NCBI GenBank assembly: GCA_002497295.1
Contig: DANO01000013.1
Span: 2,672 to 66,671, forward strand
Length of the DNA stretch: 64,000 bases
Reading direction: 5' to 3'
Origin: Euryarchaeota archaeon UBA171
Lineage (GTDB): Archaea > Thermoplasmatota > Poseidoniia > Poseidoniales > Thalassarchaeaceae
Below the pieces are notes generated by a model. The model was not told the DNA's origin and did not search any database. It saw only the letters and a list, made by a program, of their open reading frames with translations. The position numbers were made by a program, and so were the translations under genes. This document shows, in pieces, positions 27,847 to 38,100 of the stretch (position 1 is its first letter; the number at the start of each line of letters is the position of its first letter).

Positions 27847-29106
27847 TCAACCCTTCTTGACCTGCAGCAACGCCTGTGCCAAATCTATATCTGGAACCCA
27901 GTCGATGACATTCGCCCCGTATCCATTAAGCGACATGAGCCTATTCTGTCGTTCCATCTTGAGTACCTCGTATGCCATCCTAGGTATCCTGCTAACGAGC
28001 CTCTCTAGATCTATTGAATTGGGAGATAGAACATACACAGTATGGCCGTGACTGGATAGCGCTCTTATTGCAGGAAGTGTTGTTCCATCGCCCTCTAGGC
28101 TACTGACCACGAATACTGGGGATCCTCGATTCATCCTAGGTATTAGTGCGTTTGTGACTGCTTGAAGAGGCATTGACCCTCCAGCAGAGACTCCTGCTAG
28201 AAGGCTCAGGATCTTGTACTGCTGCTTGTCACCTGCCTCAGCGGGAAGATGGTCCATTCTCTTCCCGTAGGTCGTCAGTGAGACAGCATCACGCCTTCTG
28301 ATGAAGTGATTGGATACCGAGGCAGTGGCCACTGCACCCATTTCTAGAGGATTTTTCAGAACGGTTCCGATTCTGGATATATCTCGAGTATCAAATAGAA
28401 TATGAACATCGGTAACTGCGTCCCTGACCTTCTCGTTCACCATCAAGTCTCCAGTTCTTGCGAAGGCCTTCCAATTGATTGACCTGAATGAATCACCGGG
28501 CATATACTCGCGAAGTGAGTAGAACTCGGTTCCTTGACCAGGAGTTCGGAGAGTCGTTGCGCCGGTGTACAACTTTGGAACGTTTGATCTGAGAAGAGCG
28601 TCCTCGATATCCCTCACTTGAGGGAATACGATGACATCGCTTCTCGTATCGGCAAGGCCTTCGTCGGTGAATAGTCCAAAGACATCCCGATATCGAAGAG
28701 AGGTTGGACCGATGGAATAGTGGCCTCTTAGAGGGCATCTCACGGTGTATCTGAGAGTTGTGGATTGCCCTGGTCCCAGATTGGCTCGAATCAGGTTGAT
28801 TCCACGCCTTATTTTCATTTCATGCGGGACATTGTCGTAAATATCCAGTATCTGCGTTCTACGTCGCGAGGGGTTCTTTATCCTCAAAGTGACTGTAATA
28901 TCATCTCCCTTGTACACATTCTCTTCAGATAACTCACGTTCTACCACCAATCGTGGAAATCCGCTGATCCAGCTAGCCATCACCAGAATTGAAACCATTA
29001 GCATCCCGAGAATCATCAGATGGAAATGGCTGACCATCATGCCGACAAGTATCAGAGATACTCCTCCGACAAGCATCATTGTAGCTTTTCTAGTCCACAA
29101 AGTCAT
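27847..29106 (-). CDS. DUF58 domain protein (vWA-like, normally a MoxR partner)
   Basis: 419 aa. Two N-terminal TMs, then VYKGDDITVTLRIKN...ILDIYDNVP and the DUF58 signature FYSLREYMPGDSFRSINWKAFARTGDLMVNE. Confidence 0.8.
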   Translation of the reverse strand: MTLWTRKATMMLVGGVSLILVGMMVSHFHLMILGMLMVSILVMASWISGFPRLVVERELSEENVYKGDDITVTLRIKNPSRRRTQILDIYDNVPHEMKIRRGINLIRANLGPGQSTTLRYTVRCPLRGHYSIGPTSLRYRDVFGLFTDEGLADTRSDVIVFPQVRDIEDALLRSNVPKLYTGATTLRTPGQGTEFYSLREYMPGDSFRSINWKAFARTGDLMVNEKVRDAVTDVHILFDTRDISRIGTVLKNPLEMGAVATASVSNHFIRRRDAVSLTTYGKRMDHLPAEAGDKQQYKILSLLAGVSAGGSMPLQAVTNALIPRMNRGSPVFVVSSLEGDGTTLPAIRALSSHGHTVYVLSPNSIDLERLVSRIPRMAYEVLKMERQNRLMSLNGYGANVIDWVPDIDLAQALLQVKKG

Positions 29107-30710
29107 GCCTCCATTAGATCGTCATCTGGCTCATCATCATCTGGACCCCATTCCTTCATCCGCTTGACTATTGCAACTAATTCCTCTGTCTTATAGCGAC
29201 GATTATCGTAGATGAATCGGATCAATACGGGATCTTCAACAAGTGCCTGTAAGTCTTCTGATGAGAGTGCATCGAACTCTTCTCTAGTCAGAGTATTGCT
29301 ACTCCTGATTCTGGAAAGTAATACCTGCCTAATCTTATCCGGATGTTGATAAAACTCGTATCTTTTAGCGTCCCCGAAGCCATAGTAGATAATTCTGAAA
29401 ACATGTCTCCAATCTTCAGGGTCTTCTTTGCGAATGAGCACGACTTCGAGCATCATGAAGAGGGCGAGAAACAGGATGAGCATGGCCATCCAATCATTTG
29501 TGAAGTAAACAAGAAAGTAGTATGCTAAGTTGTATGTGTCGGAAAGTGGATTGGACTGCTGGTGGCGGCTCTCATCGAATATGACGACCGCGTCATCACT
29601 TGGAATTAGGGAACCGTTGCCAACTAGCAATGCATCTGCAATAATGTCGAGTGCCCACATCCTATTGTCGTTCTCAGGTACGGCGGAGTCATCGACATCT
29701 GAAGCTGAGTATATTGCATTGATGAGTAATGATCCATCTGACGCAATATGTACCTGCCCCGAGGAAGGCTCTGCACACAATCTTGATGAGCAGATTCTTG
29801 CATATACTGCAAATGGGCCTTGTTCGTCGCCCTGTATGCCTGCTGCTTCGAACGCGGGCGTCAGATCTCCGTCATCATTTGAATCCAAATACGAATCTAA
29901 TGTTGATGTGACAACAGGATATCGATTTTCTGCGGGAGAGAATGCTGACTCTTTATCGAATGCTGACGGGGTACTGGTCAGAAGATCATAATCTTCGCTG
30001 AAGTCGTAGACTCCGTCGACATCATTCCAACGATGGCTGCAGAGACCGTATGAGCTGTCATTGGGCGTAAATCCCATATCGGGAGAATCTGGATTTGGGT
30101 CTATGGAATCTAATATTGCATCTCCGTCTCTGTCAGCAAGACAGGGGTGATAATTTGATGTTGAGCCGGACGTTTGTGTCAAATTGTATGCGTCTGTTAC
30201 GTTTGTCCATACATAGTTGTAATCGAGTTCTCTCGCCCATGCCTCTCCGTCGTATAGCTGATGGCTTGAAAATACAATATTATATTCCTGTGCAAGTGCA
30301 GACGAGTAACCAAAATCGTCCATAAGAAGCAAAGTTCCACCAGCCTGCACATACTGCACTATAGCTTCAATTTCTGATCCAGTGTATCCATCTGAGTCGG
30401 AGAGCTCGATTACAGAATCATCATCAGTGAAGCGAGGGAGGGAGATTGTATCGCGCTCTACACCAGATATCACAAACACTGTCTCATCGGGATTGTCGAT
30501 TTCTCCAAGAAGGAGTGGGCTGGACACCATGGCAGTTGTTTCAACCCCCATGTCATTGATGTCTGAGCGAAAATCGCCGAGATCGTTCCAATCGTCGCCA
30601 TATGCTGACTGTTGGGTCTTCCCGTCTACGATATATGTAGAAGCGATAAATGCTACAAGGAGTGTTAAAACAGACCAGAATGAGAACATTAGGAACCTTC
30701 TTCGATTCAT
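29103..30710 (-). CDS. DUF4350-like membrane-anchored protein with a large acidic ectodomain
   Basis: ATG 30710 gives MNRRRFLMFSFWSVLTLLVAF (the listed ORF extends to 30905). TVFVISGVERD...EIEAIVQYVQAGGTLLLMDDFG and AVVIFDESRHQ resemble DUF4350 blocks. A second TM lies near the C-terminus, followed by a cytoplasmic tail. 4-nt overlap with the DUF58 gene. Confidence 0.6.
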   Translation of the reverse strand: MNRRRFLMFSFWSVLTLLVAFIASTYIVDGKTQQSAYGDDWNDLGDFRSDINDMGVETTAMVSSPLLLGEIDNPDETVFVISGVERDTISLPRFTDDDSVIELSDSDGYTGSEIEAIVQYVQAGGTLLLMDDFGYSSALAQEYNIVFSSHQLYDGEAWARELDYNYVWTNVTDAYNLTQTSGSTSNYHPCLADRDGDAILDSIDPNPDSPDMGFTPNDSSYGLCSHRWNDVDGVYDFSEDYDLLTSTPSAFDKESAFSPAENRYPVVTSTLDSYLDSNDDGDLTPAFEAAGIQGDEQGPFAVYARICSSRLCAEPSSGQVHIASDGSLLINAIYSASDVDDSAVPENDNRMWALDIIADALLVGNGSLIPSDDAVVIFDESRHQQSNPLSDTYNLAYYFLVYFTNDWMAMLILFLALFMMLEVVLIRKEDPEDWRHVFRIIYYGFGDAKRYEFYQHPDKIRQVLLSRIRSSNTLTREEFDALSSEDLQALVEDPVLIRFIYDNRRYKTEELVAIVKRMKEWGPDDDEPDDDLMEA

Positions 30711-30823
30711 TGCATTGAAGAATCGAGATGCTCTTCTTGGTCTCTCTATCACCCGGTCACCTCTCAGCAGTAGGGTACAACCCAATCCAACGATATAAGA
30801 CGCTTGTCCGGCCTTGGGACGTA

Positions 30824-31066
30824 TCACTGATGCAAACGTATGGCATTTGATATCTCGGCGACCTCTTCGACAGGGACTTCTAACAATCCTTTCTTGACGG
30901 GCCACGGAAGTAGGGCGGGATCGAGTTCATCCGGTATTAGAACAAGTAGGGAGACTACTTTTCCAGATCTTGGGTCGAATATGAAATCGGAAAGATGTCC
31001 CAGAGTGTCTCCTGCACCATCCAGTATTGGCCGGTTTAGAATTTCACGGCCGAATCCTGACGGCAT
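30824..31066 (-). CDS. PRC-barrel domain protein (small, stand-alone)
   Basis: REILNRPILDGAGDTLGHLSDFIFDPRSGKVVSLLV is a typical PRC-barrel pattern. The start is either GTG 31075, which overlaps the cdc48 stop as GTGA, or ATG 31066. Confidence 0.6.
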   Translation of the reverse strand: MPSGFGREILNRPILDGAGDTLGHLSDFIFDPRSGKVVSLLVLIPDELDPALLPWPVKKGLLEVPVEEVAEISNAIRLHQ

Positions 31067-31071
31067 CCAAA

Positions 31072-33294
31072 TCACACCGACTCAATGCCCTGAAGAGTGT
31101 TCGAGTCTCTCTTAACCGACTCTAAACCGCTAACGAGGGTCTCTTCCATCTTGGAATAGTAGTCTAACATGTCTTTATTGACGGTTGGTCTGACTCTGTT
31201 AATAGCATCCTCGAAGTGGCTTTTTGAAACGCTCTTTCTACCTGCCCTCATCGCAATAAGTGCTGCTTCTCGGCATATTGCCTCTATATCAGCGCCGGTA
31301 TAATTCTCAAGTCTATCAACGAGATCATCGAGATTGAATCGGCCCAAAGGCATCTCTGAAGAATGGATCTTCAGAATCGCCAGCCTTGACTTTCGATCTG
31401 GGGGCGGAACGTGCAGAACGCGCTCAAAGCGTCCACTTCGTAAAAGTGCAGGATCGATCATTTCAGGTCGGTTGGTCGCAGCTACGACGATGACTCCTTC
31501 CATCGACTCGACGCCATCCATACTGGAGAGAATCTGATTTACCACCCTATTCATGACATCAGACCCTTCTCCGGACATCGATCTACGAACGCCAGCAATT
31601 GACTCGAATTCATCGAGGAAGATGATTGAGGGCGCTGCTTGTTTCGCCTTCTTGAAAACCTCGCGTACGGCTCTTTCTGATTCTCCGACCCACTTGGAAA
31701 TCATTTCCGGGCCCTTTATTGAGATGAAATTAGCCTTTGCCTCGTTTGCTATAGCCTTGGCGATTAGTGTTTTTCCAGTTCCCGGGGCGCCGAATAGAAC
31801 AATCCCTCGTGGAGGTTTGATACCAAAATGCTCGAAGGTTTCTGGTTGATTCAAGGGCCATTCGATACTTTCCTTGAGCCTATCTTTGATTTCTTCCAGT
31901 CCGCCGACATCGTCCCAAGAAGCCGTTGGGACCTCGACATAAATCTCTCTGAGTGCACTGGGCTCTATCTCTTTGATTGCCTCGCGGAAGTCGACCATTT
32001 TGACTTCCATCTTCTCGAGTACCTCGGCGGGTATCTCATCTTCATCTAGGTCAATCTCGGGAAGATATCTTCGGAGGGCCTTCATTGCGGATTCTCGGAC
32101 TAGAGCCGATATGTCCGCCCCGACGAAACCATATGAATTCTCAAGAAGCCAATCCATCTCGAAATCATCACTTATGGGCATGCCACGTGTGTGGATATCG
32201 ATAATCTCAGAACGGCCATTTTTGTCTGGTACGCCTATTTCCAATTCTCTATCGAATCGACCGGGCCTTCTCAAAGCGGGATCTATGGCGTCCCTTCTAT
32301 TCGTAGCCCCAATTACAACCACATTATCCCGGCCCTGCATGCCATCGAGAAGCGTTAGAAGTTGAGCAACTACCCGCCTTTCTACTTCCCCACTGACATC
32401 TTCTCGCTTGGGCGCAATTGAATCTAATTCATCTATGAAAATGATAGCAGGGGCATTAGAAGCGGCTTCATCGAATATTTCGCGAAGTTGCTTCTCACTT
32501 TCACCATAGTACTTGGAAATAATTTCAGGGCCATTGATTGATGTGAAGTGTGCCTGTGTCTCTGCAGCAACAGCCTTGGCGATCAATGTCTTTCCAGTCC
32601 CGGGAGGGCCGTGCAGAAGGACGCCTCGAGGTGGGTCTATGCCCAGTCTACGAAATAGTATGGGGTGCTTGAGAGGCAGTTCAATCATTTCCCTGACTTT
32701 CTGAAGCTGGTCTCCAAGACCTCCTATATCCTCATAGGAAATCGTCTGAATGGTACTCTCGTCTTCTTCATCAACTGGATCTTCTTTGATGACGATCTCT
32801 GTGGAAGGTAAAACCTGCACGATACCCTTTGGCTTAGTGCTGACTATCTGAAATGGCAAGGCTTCGGCGAACAAAGTCATGCCTGGTATGAATATCCTAT
32901 CTCCAGCTACAACTGGACGCTTGTTTAGGCCCCTGCGAGCGAATCCTTCGATACCGGGTCCAAAACGGACCTTTTGCTGCTTGGCCATTACGGGAGACAG
33001 CACAAGTTTCTCACACTCAGACACCTCGACTTTACTAATGTTCACTCTATCGCCGAGGGATACTGCTGCATTTTTTCGGATAATACCGTCTATCCTTATG
33101 ACTCCAAGATTTGCATCTTCCGGTCTGCATCTCCAGACAATGGCAGCAGTGGACTTCTCTCCCTTAATTTCGATAACATCGCCGGGTTTGAGATTCAAAT
33201 CATTATCAAATGGTACTCTAGCTCTTCCATGCCCCACGTCACTTGGAATTGCCTTTGCAACCCTAAGCGTAAGTTCCCCTTCTTCGTCCGACAT
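31072..33294 (-). CDS. cdc48: CDC48/VCP-type AAA+ ATPase
   Basis: 740 aa. N-domain ([18 protein letters not shown]) and two AAA modules with Walker A ([13 protein letters not shown] and [13 protein letters not shown]) and Walker B (IIFIDELD and IIFLDEFE). Confidence 0.95.
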   Translation of the reverse strand: MSDEEGELTLRVAKAIPSDVGHGRARVPFDNDLNLKPGDVIEIKGEKSTAAIVWRCRPEDANLGVIRIDGIIRKNAAVSLGDRVNISKVEVSECEKLVLSPVMAKQQKVRFGPGIEGFARRGLNKRPVVAGDRIFIPGMTLFAEALPFQIVSTKPKGIVQVLPSTEIVIKEDPVDEEDESTIQTISYEDIGGLGDQLQKVREMIELPLKHPILFRRLGIDPPRGVLLHGPPGTGKTLIAKAVAAETQAHFTSINGPEIISKYYGESEKQLREIFDEAASNAPAIIFIDELDSIAPKREDVSGEVERRVVAQLLTLLDGMQGRDNVVVIGATNRRDAIDPALRRPGRFDRELEIGVPDKNGRSEIIDIHTRGMPISDDFEMDWLLENSYGFVGADISALVRESAMKALRRYLPEIDLDEDEIPAEVLEKMEVKMVDFREAIKEIEPSALREIYVEVPTASWDDVGGLEEIKDRLKESIEWPLNQPETFEHFGIKPPRGIVLFGAPGTGKTLIAKAIANEAKANFISIKGPEMISKWVGESERAVREVFKKAKQAAPSIIFLDEFESIAGVRRSMSGEGSDVMNRVVNQILSSMDGVESMEGVIVVAATNRPEMIDPALLRSGRFERVLHVPPPDRKSRLAILKIHSSEMPLGRFNLDDLVDRLENYTGADIEAICREAALIAMRAGRKSVSKSHFEDAINRVRPTVNKDMLDYYSKMEETLVSGLESVKRDSNTLQGIESV

Positions 33295-33434
33295 GGAGTA
33301 TCCCTCGGAGATTGCTGTGTATTGGGCTGCCTTAAACCCCCATATCCAAAGTCGTCATGTTTGTGCACTTACCAGACGGCTTGTGCGATAGCGACGTTAG
33401 CAGCATTCATGTGAATAACCGGAGTCGGCGCATC

Positions 33435-35063
33435 ATGCCCCATGTACTTGAGACCGGATTTGAGGCGATAGACAGCGAAAACCCCAATGGTTCACCGATG
33501 ATTCGTGGATACAATATAATCGGGGGACAATTAGAACCTGCATCTGATGGTTCGACATTTGAATCGAAGAATCCTGCGATCCTTGCTGACTGTCTTGGAG
33601 TCTTCCCCCTATCCACCAAAGATGATGTGCACAAAGCATTGAAGTCGGCGAAGTCGGCATTCCCCGGCTGGTCCTCTACCCCTGCACCCACACGCGGACA
33701 GATCATAGGCAATATGGGGAGATTGCTGATGGAGCACAAGGACGATCTCGTACGCCTGGAGACCCGTGAAATAGGGAAGACGCTGAAGGAGAGTGCTGGG
33801 GAAATCCAGGAAGCCATAGACACGTGTCTGTTCTTCCAATCAGAAGGAAGGCGTCTGTATGGACAAACCGTCAACAGCGAGTTGCCTGACAAGGAGTTGT
33901 TCACTTATCGAAGACCGCTTGGGGTTTGCGGTATCATCAATGCATGTAATTTTCCGTCTGCTGTGCCATTCTGGAAAATGATCCCTGCAATCATGTGCGG
34001 CAACACCTGTGTCTGGAAATCGCCACAAGACAGCCCTCTTCTCTCATTTGCATTGGCAAGAATAATGCATGAGGCTGGTCTACCAGACGGGGTCGTGAAT
34101 CTCATTCATGGAAAGGGAAGTGGTGCCGGTCAGCATCTTGTTGATGCGGTTGATGAAGGAATGGTCAACAAGATTTCATTCACAGGGTCTACTTCGGTCG
34201 GCAAAATGATCGGGGAGATCTGTGGCCGCAATCTAGTCTCATGTTCCCTCGAATTAGGAGGTAAAAATCCACTAGTCATCATGCCCTCGGCCAATCTTGA
34301 GAATGCTGTAGAGGGGGCTTATTGGGCAGGATTCGGTACCGCTGGCCAAAGATGCACAAGTCTCGGTAACCTAATTGTGCACGAAGATATCTATGAGGAT
34401 TTTATGGAGAGATTCATGGAAAAGGTTCGTAGTACAAAGATTGGTGATTCGATGAGTAACGATGATGTTCTTTATGGCCCGATGCTGTCTGAGAAATATG
34501 CATTGGATTTTCTTGATGGGTTGGAAATGTGCGAATCAAGCGGGGCGACACGGATTTACGGAGAGGGGCGAATAACAGCAGACTCATCCCCCACGGGTTT
34601 CGTTGCTGACGCTGACAGCGGAGTATACATGTGGCCTCACGTGTATGTGGACGTCACAGATGAGATGGAATGCTTCCATGAGGAGCTTTTCGGGCCTGCA
34701 GTCACGGTCGTCAAGGCCAAGGATTTCGATCATGCACTTTATCTGGCAAATGCATCCCCATATGGACTCTCGAGCGCTATTTACACGAATGACAGGCTAG
34801 AGGCATATCGATTCAAAACAGGTATCAAAGCCGGTATGACTGGGATAAACAACTCAACTACTGGAGCTGAGGCGCACCTCCCCTTCGGAGGGGTCAAGGG
34901 CTCTGGGAATGGCACCAGGGAATCTGGCATTTGGGTGATTGAAGCATACTCTTACTGGCATGCAGTTAACGATGAGTTATCCGGGAAGCTTCAGTTGGCT
35001 CAGATGGATGTTGATGAAATTCACATCGAAGAGGCAGAGGCAGATTACAAATCTCTTGCATGA
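33435..35063 (+). CDS. NAD(P)-dependent aldehyde dehydrogenase
   Basis: FTGSTSVGKMI, SLELGGKNP and the catalytic Cys block FGTAGQRCTS, plus EELFGP. ATG 33435 was chosen over the listed start at 33357. Confidence 0.9.
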   Translation: MPHVLETGFEAIDSENPNGSPMIRGYNIIGGQLEPASDGSTFESKNPAILADCLGVFPLSTKDDVHKALKSAKSAFPGWSSTPAPTRGQIIGNMGRLLMEHKDDLVRLETREIGKTLKESAGEIQEAIDTCLFFQSEGRRLYGQTVNSELPDKELFTYRRPLGVCGIINACNFPSAVPFWKMIPAIMCGNTCVWKSPQDSPLLSFALARIMHEAGLPDGVVNLIHGKGSGAGQHLVDAVDEGMVNKISFTGSTSVGKMIGEICGRNLVSCSLELGGKNPLVIMPSANLENAVEGAYWAGFGTAGQRCTSLGNLIVHEDIYEDFMERFMEKVRSTKIGDSMSNDDVLYGPMLSEKYALDFLDGLEMCESSGATRIYGEGRITADSSPTGFVADADSGVYMWPHVYVDVTDEMECFHEELFGPAVTVVKAKDFDHALYLANASPYGLSSAIYTNDRLEAYRFKTGIKAGMTGINNSTTGAEAHLPFGGVKGSGNGTRESGIWVIEAYSYWHAVNDELSGKLQLAQMDVDEIHIEEAEADYKSLA

Positions 35064-35128
35064 TTTCGAAGTATTTATTGGTATTAAATTCGCAAAAGTT
35101 CTATCTTCCTCCGGCCGCTCTCCCACTC

Positions 35129-38100
35129 ATGGCGAAGAGTCCGTGGACAGGCATATTTCTTGCGATATTGATGGTATTATTCTCAACACATCCTCTGTTG
35201 GTTGATTCGGGGTCACAAACAGAAACCGAGATTCACTCGGATGAGATTCGCCTAGGAACCATCGCCAACAACTCTCCTGGCCAAGTGCTGGGCCACATTG
35301 ATACCCATGACTCACTGTCAATCGGGAGGCAATTCGCCTGCGCTGTCACCGAGAACTCCAGCGTAGTATGCTGGGGCAGGACAGATTTCGGTCAAACCGG
35401 AATCGGAGTCACGGGCACTAACGTCTACCACAACATGACCTATGTTGACGCATTGAACGGAATGGGCATTGTAGAGGTCTCGGCACACCTAGACCACGCA
35501 TGTGCCCTTACGTCCCAGGGAGCCGTCTACTGCTGGGGCAGCAACGTCGATGGCCAGATCGGCAACGGGCAAATCGGGGGGAACGTGCTCGTCCCGACTC
35601 AGCCCCTATTGCCACAGGGCGTCGTCGCAAAATCACTCTCGCAGGGACCGAGTTCCCATACCTGCGCAATCAGCACCGATGGCGACCTGTATTGTTGGGG
35701 ACTCAACAGCCGGGGGCAGGTTGGCAATGGGCAGTTATGTGCTAATTGGGGTACCACCTACACCAACCCATGCAGTTATGCCAACACAGGAATACTGGTC
35801 CCAGAATTAATCAACATGCCAACGGGGGTCACTGTTACGTCCGTCAGCGTGGGAGGCGAGCACACGTGTGCCACGGGCAGTGATGGCGGGGTGTATTGCT
35901 GGGGGTCCGACATGAATTGCAGGGTCACTGGCGGGGACAGCGTTTCCGATGACCCCATAACAGGGAATCAGGGTTGCAACTACTTTCACCATACACTCAG
36001 CCCGAGAAAGCTAACGATGTCAAACACGGAAGTCACAATCCAGGATACAGCAAACCTATCGTTCGTTCAGGCGGTCAGCGGTTGGGTGTTCTCCTGCGCG
36101 ATGACCAACTCGGGTGACGGAGTTTGCTGGGGCGCCAACACGGAGAGCCAGCAAGGGATTGGCAACAACAGCAACCTGGACTTCGCCGTGGTACCAACTC
36201 TGATCCAAGGACCCTCGGGAGAGAGCATGACGAGCATGTCCGCCACTACCGCCCAAGCGTGCGCGATGTATGACCAAACCGGGGCCTACTGTTGGGGCGA
36301 CAACTGGGGCGGCAACACGGGGGACTATGATGGTTCGAACGCCGTGTTATGCAACTACTCAGGCCAGGAAAATGGTGGCGGCAATGTAAATTGTCAGGAT
36401 CGTGTAGCGCCCCATCAGGTCTACACGGGTGGGAATTACGCAGCAGTGGTCATGGGTGCTGCGAACGCATGTGGCTTGGACGCCTCAAACGACATCCACT
36501 GCTGGGGCGCCTACGCATGGAACAACGTGAACCAGACCCAGCATCATGTCTTGTGGGGAACTCGGGTCCCGGAACTAATGCAGCTCCCTGGAACGGCGAA
36601 GATAGCATTGGACGACCTTGATTCGGACAATGACGGGCTCAACTCCCCATTCGACCTATGGCCCGAGGGCTGTCCATCCGGGTGGTATCAAGACGCGCCC
36701 AACTCCTGCGATGAGTCCCCGCCCGGGCACTATGCAGAGGAGAGTCTGCCGTGGAACCTAGTCATCTGTGAGAGCGGTACCTACCAACCCAACGGAGGAC
36801 AAACATCCTGCATAGACTCAACCCCGGGCTACTATGTTCCGGACGAGGGTGCATTATCGAAGATCATATGCCCTGCTGGGTCTTACCAGCCCAACGCTGG
36901 ATCCTCGACCTGCATCCTGGCAGATCCTGGATATATGGTGAACACGCCCGGTAAAATAGATCAAACTGCATGTAATGCTGGAAGATTTTCGTCTGTGGGC
37001 GGATCAACGGAGTGTGTCAGGGCGCAGCCTGGTTTCTATGTATCAGGTAGCGGATCAGCAGAAGAGGTTCCATGTCCGCCTGGATCGTATGCGCCTGCCC
37101 AGGGATCGATATCGTGCATCTCGACTTCTCCCGGACAGTATACCGACGCTCCAGCTTCAACCCAGCCGGTCTCTTGTGATCCGGGTTCCTACCAACCTGA
37201 CTTCGGTCAAAGTTCGTGTCTCCTGGCTCCTGCTGGGAATTATGTCTCAGAATCGATGGCTTCGTCTTATCAACCATGTCTCTCGGGTCACTACCAATCT
37301 GCCGAAGGGATGACTGGATGCGCAACTACGCCTCCAGGGACATACACGCCAGGAGCATCATTCACTGCGCCTGTAGATTGTCCTGCGGGTACATATCAAC
37401 CATCAGTAGGGGCAGAGAGGTGCATCGATGCGATGCCTGGCAACTATGTTGCTTCAGAAGGGGGCGTTGAGGCGATTGAATGCTCTCCAGGAACATATCA
37501 ACCCCAGTCGGGACAATCTACGTGTTTGGAAGCTGATGCTGGGCATTACATCACCCTGAGGGCGGCGAAAAGTCAGATGCCATGCCCAGTAACTACATTC
37601 CAACCTCAAACTGGTCAGACAGCCTGTCTAGACGTCGAGCCCGGCCACTATGCAGATGGGGTTGGGGCGATGGCCCAAACGCCTTGCGATGCAGGCGAAT
37701 ATCAACCCTCTAGCAAGTCGACGAACTGCAAAATCGTCCCTGCCGGACATTATTCAGTCGGCATGGGCTCCATTGATTTCATCGCATGCACGCCAGGGAC
37801 CTATCAGCCGACATCAGGAATGTCGGGTTGTGTAGATGCTGATCAAGGCAACTATGTAGGAGAGTCGTCTCAACTGATTCAGACGCCTTGCTCAAAAGGA
37901 ACTTATCAACCATCGACTGCGTCCTCCGAATGCTTGAGTGCTGATGCAGGATACTTCGTGGAATCAACAGGTGCCACAGAACAGACGCCCTGTGAAGCGG
38001 GATCCTATCAGCCTGTTGAAGGGCGATCGAACTGCATATATTCGTCAATCAACAACTATGTTCCAGAGGCCGGATCAGCAGTACAGACAGCATGCCCATC

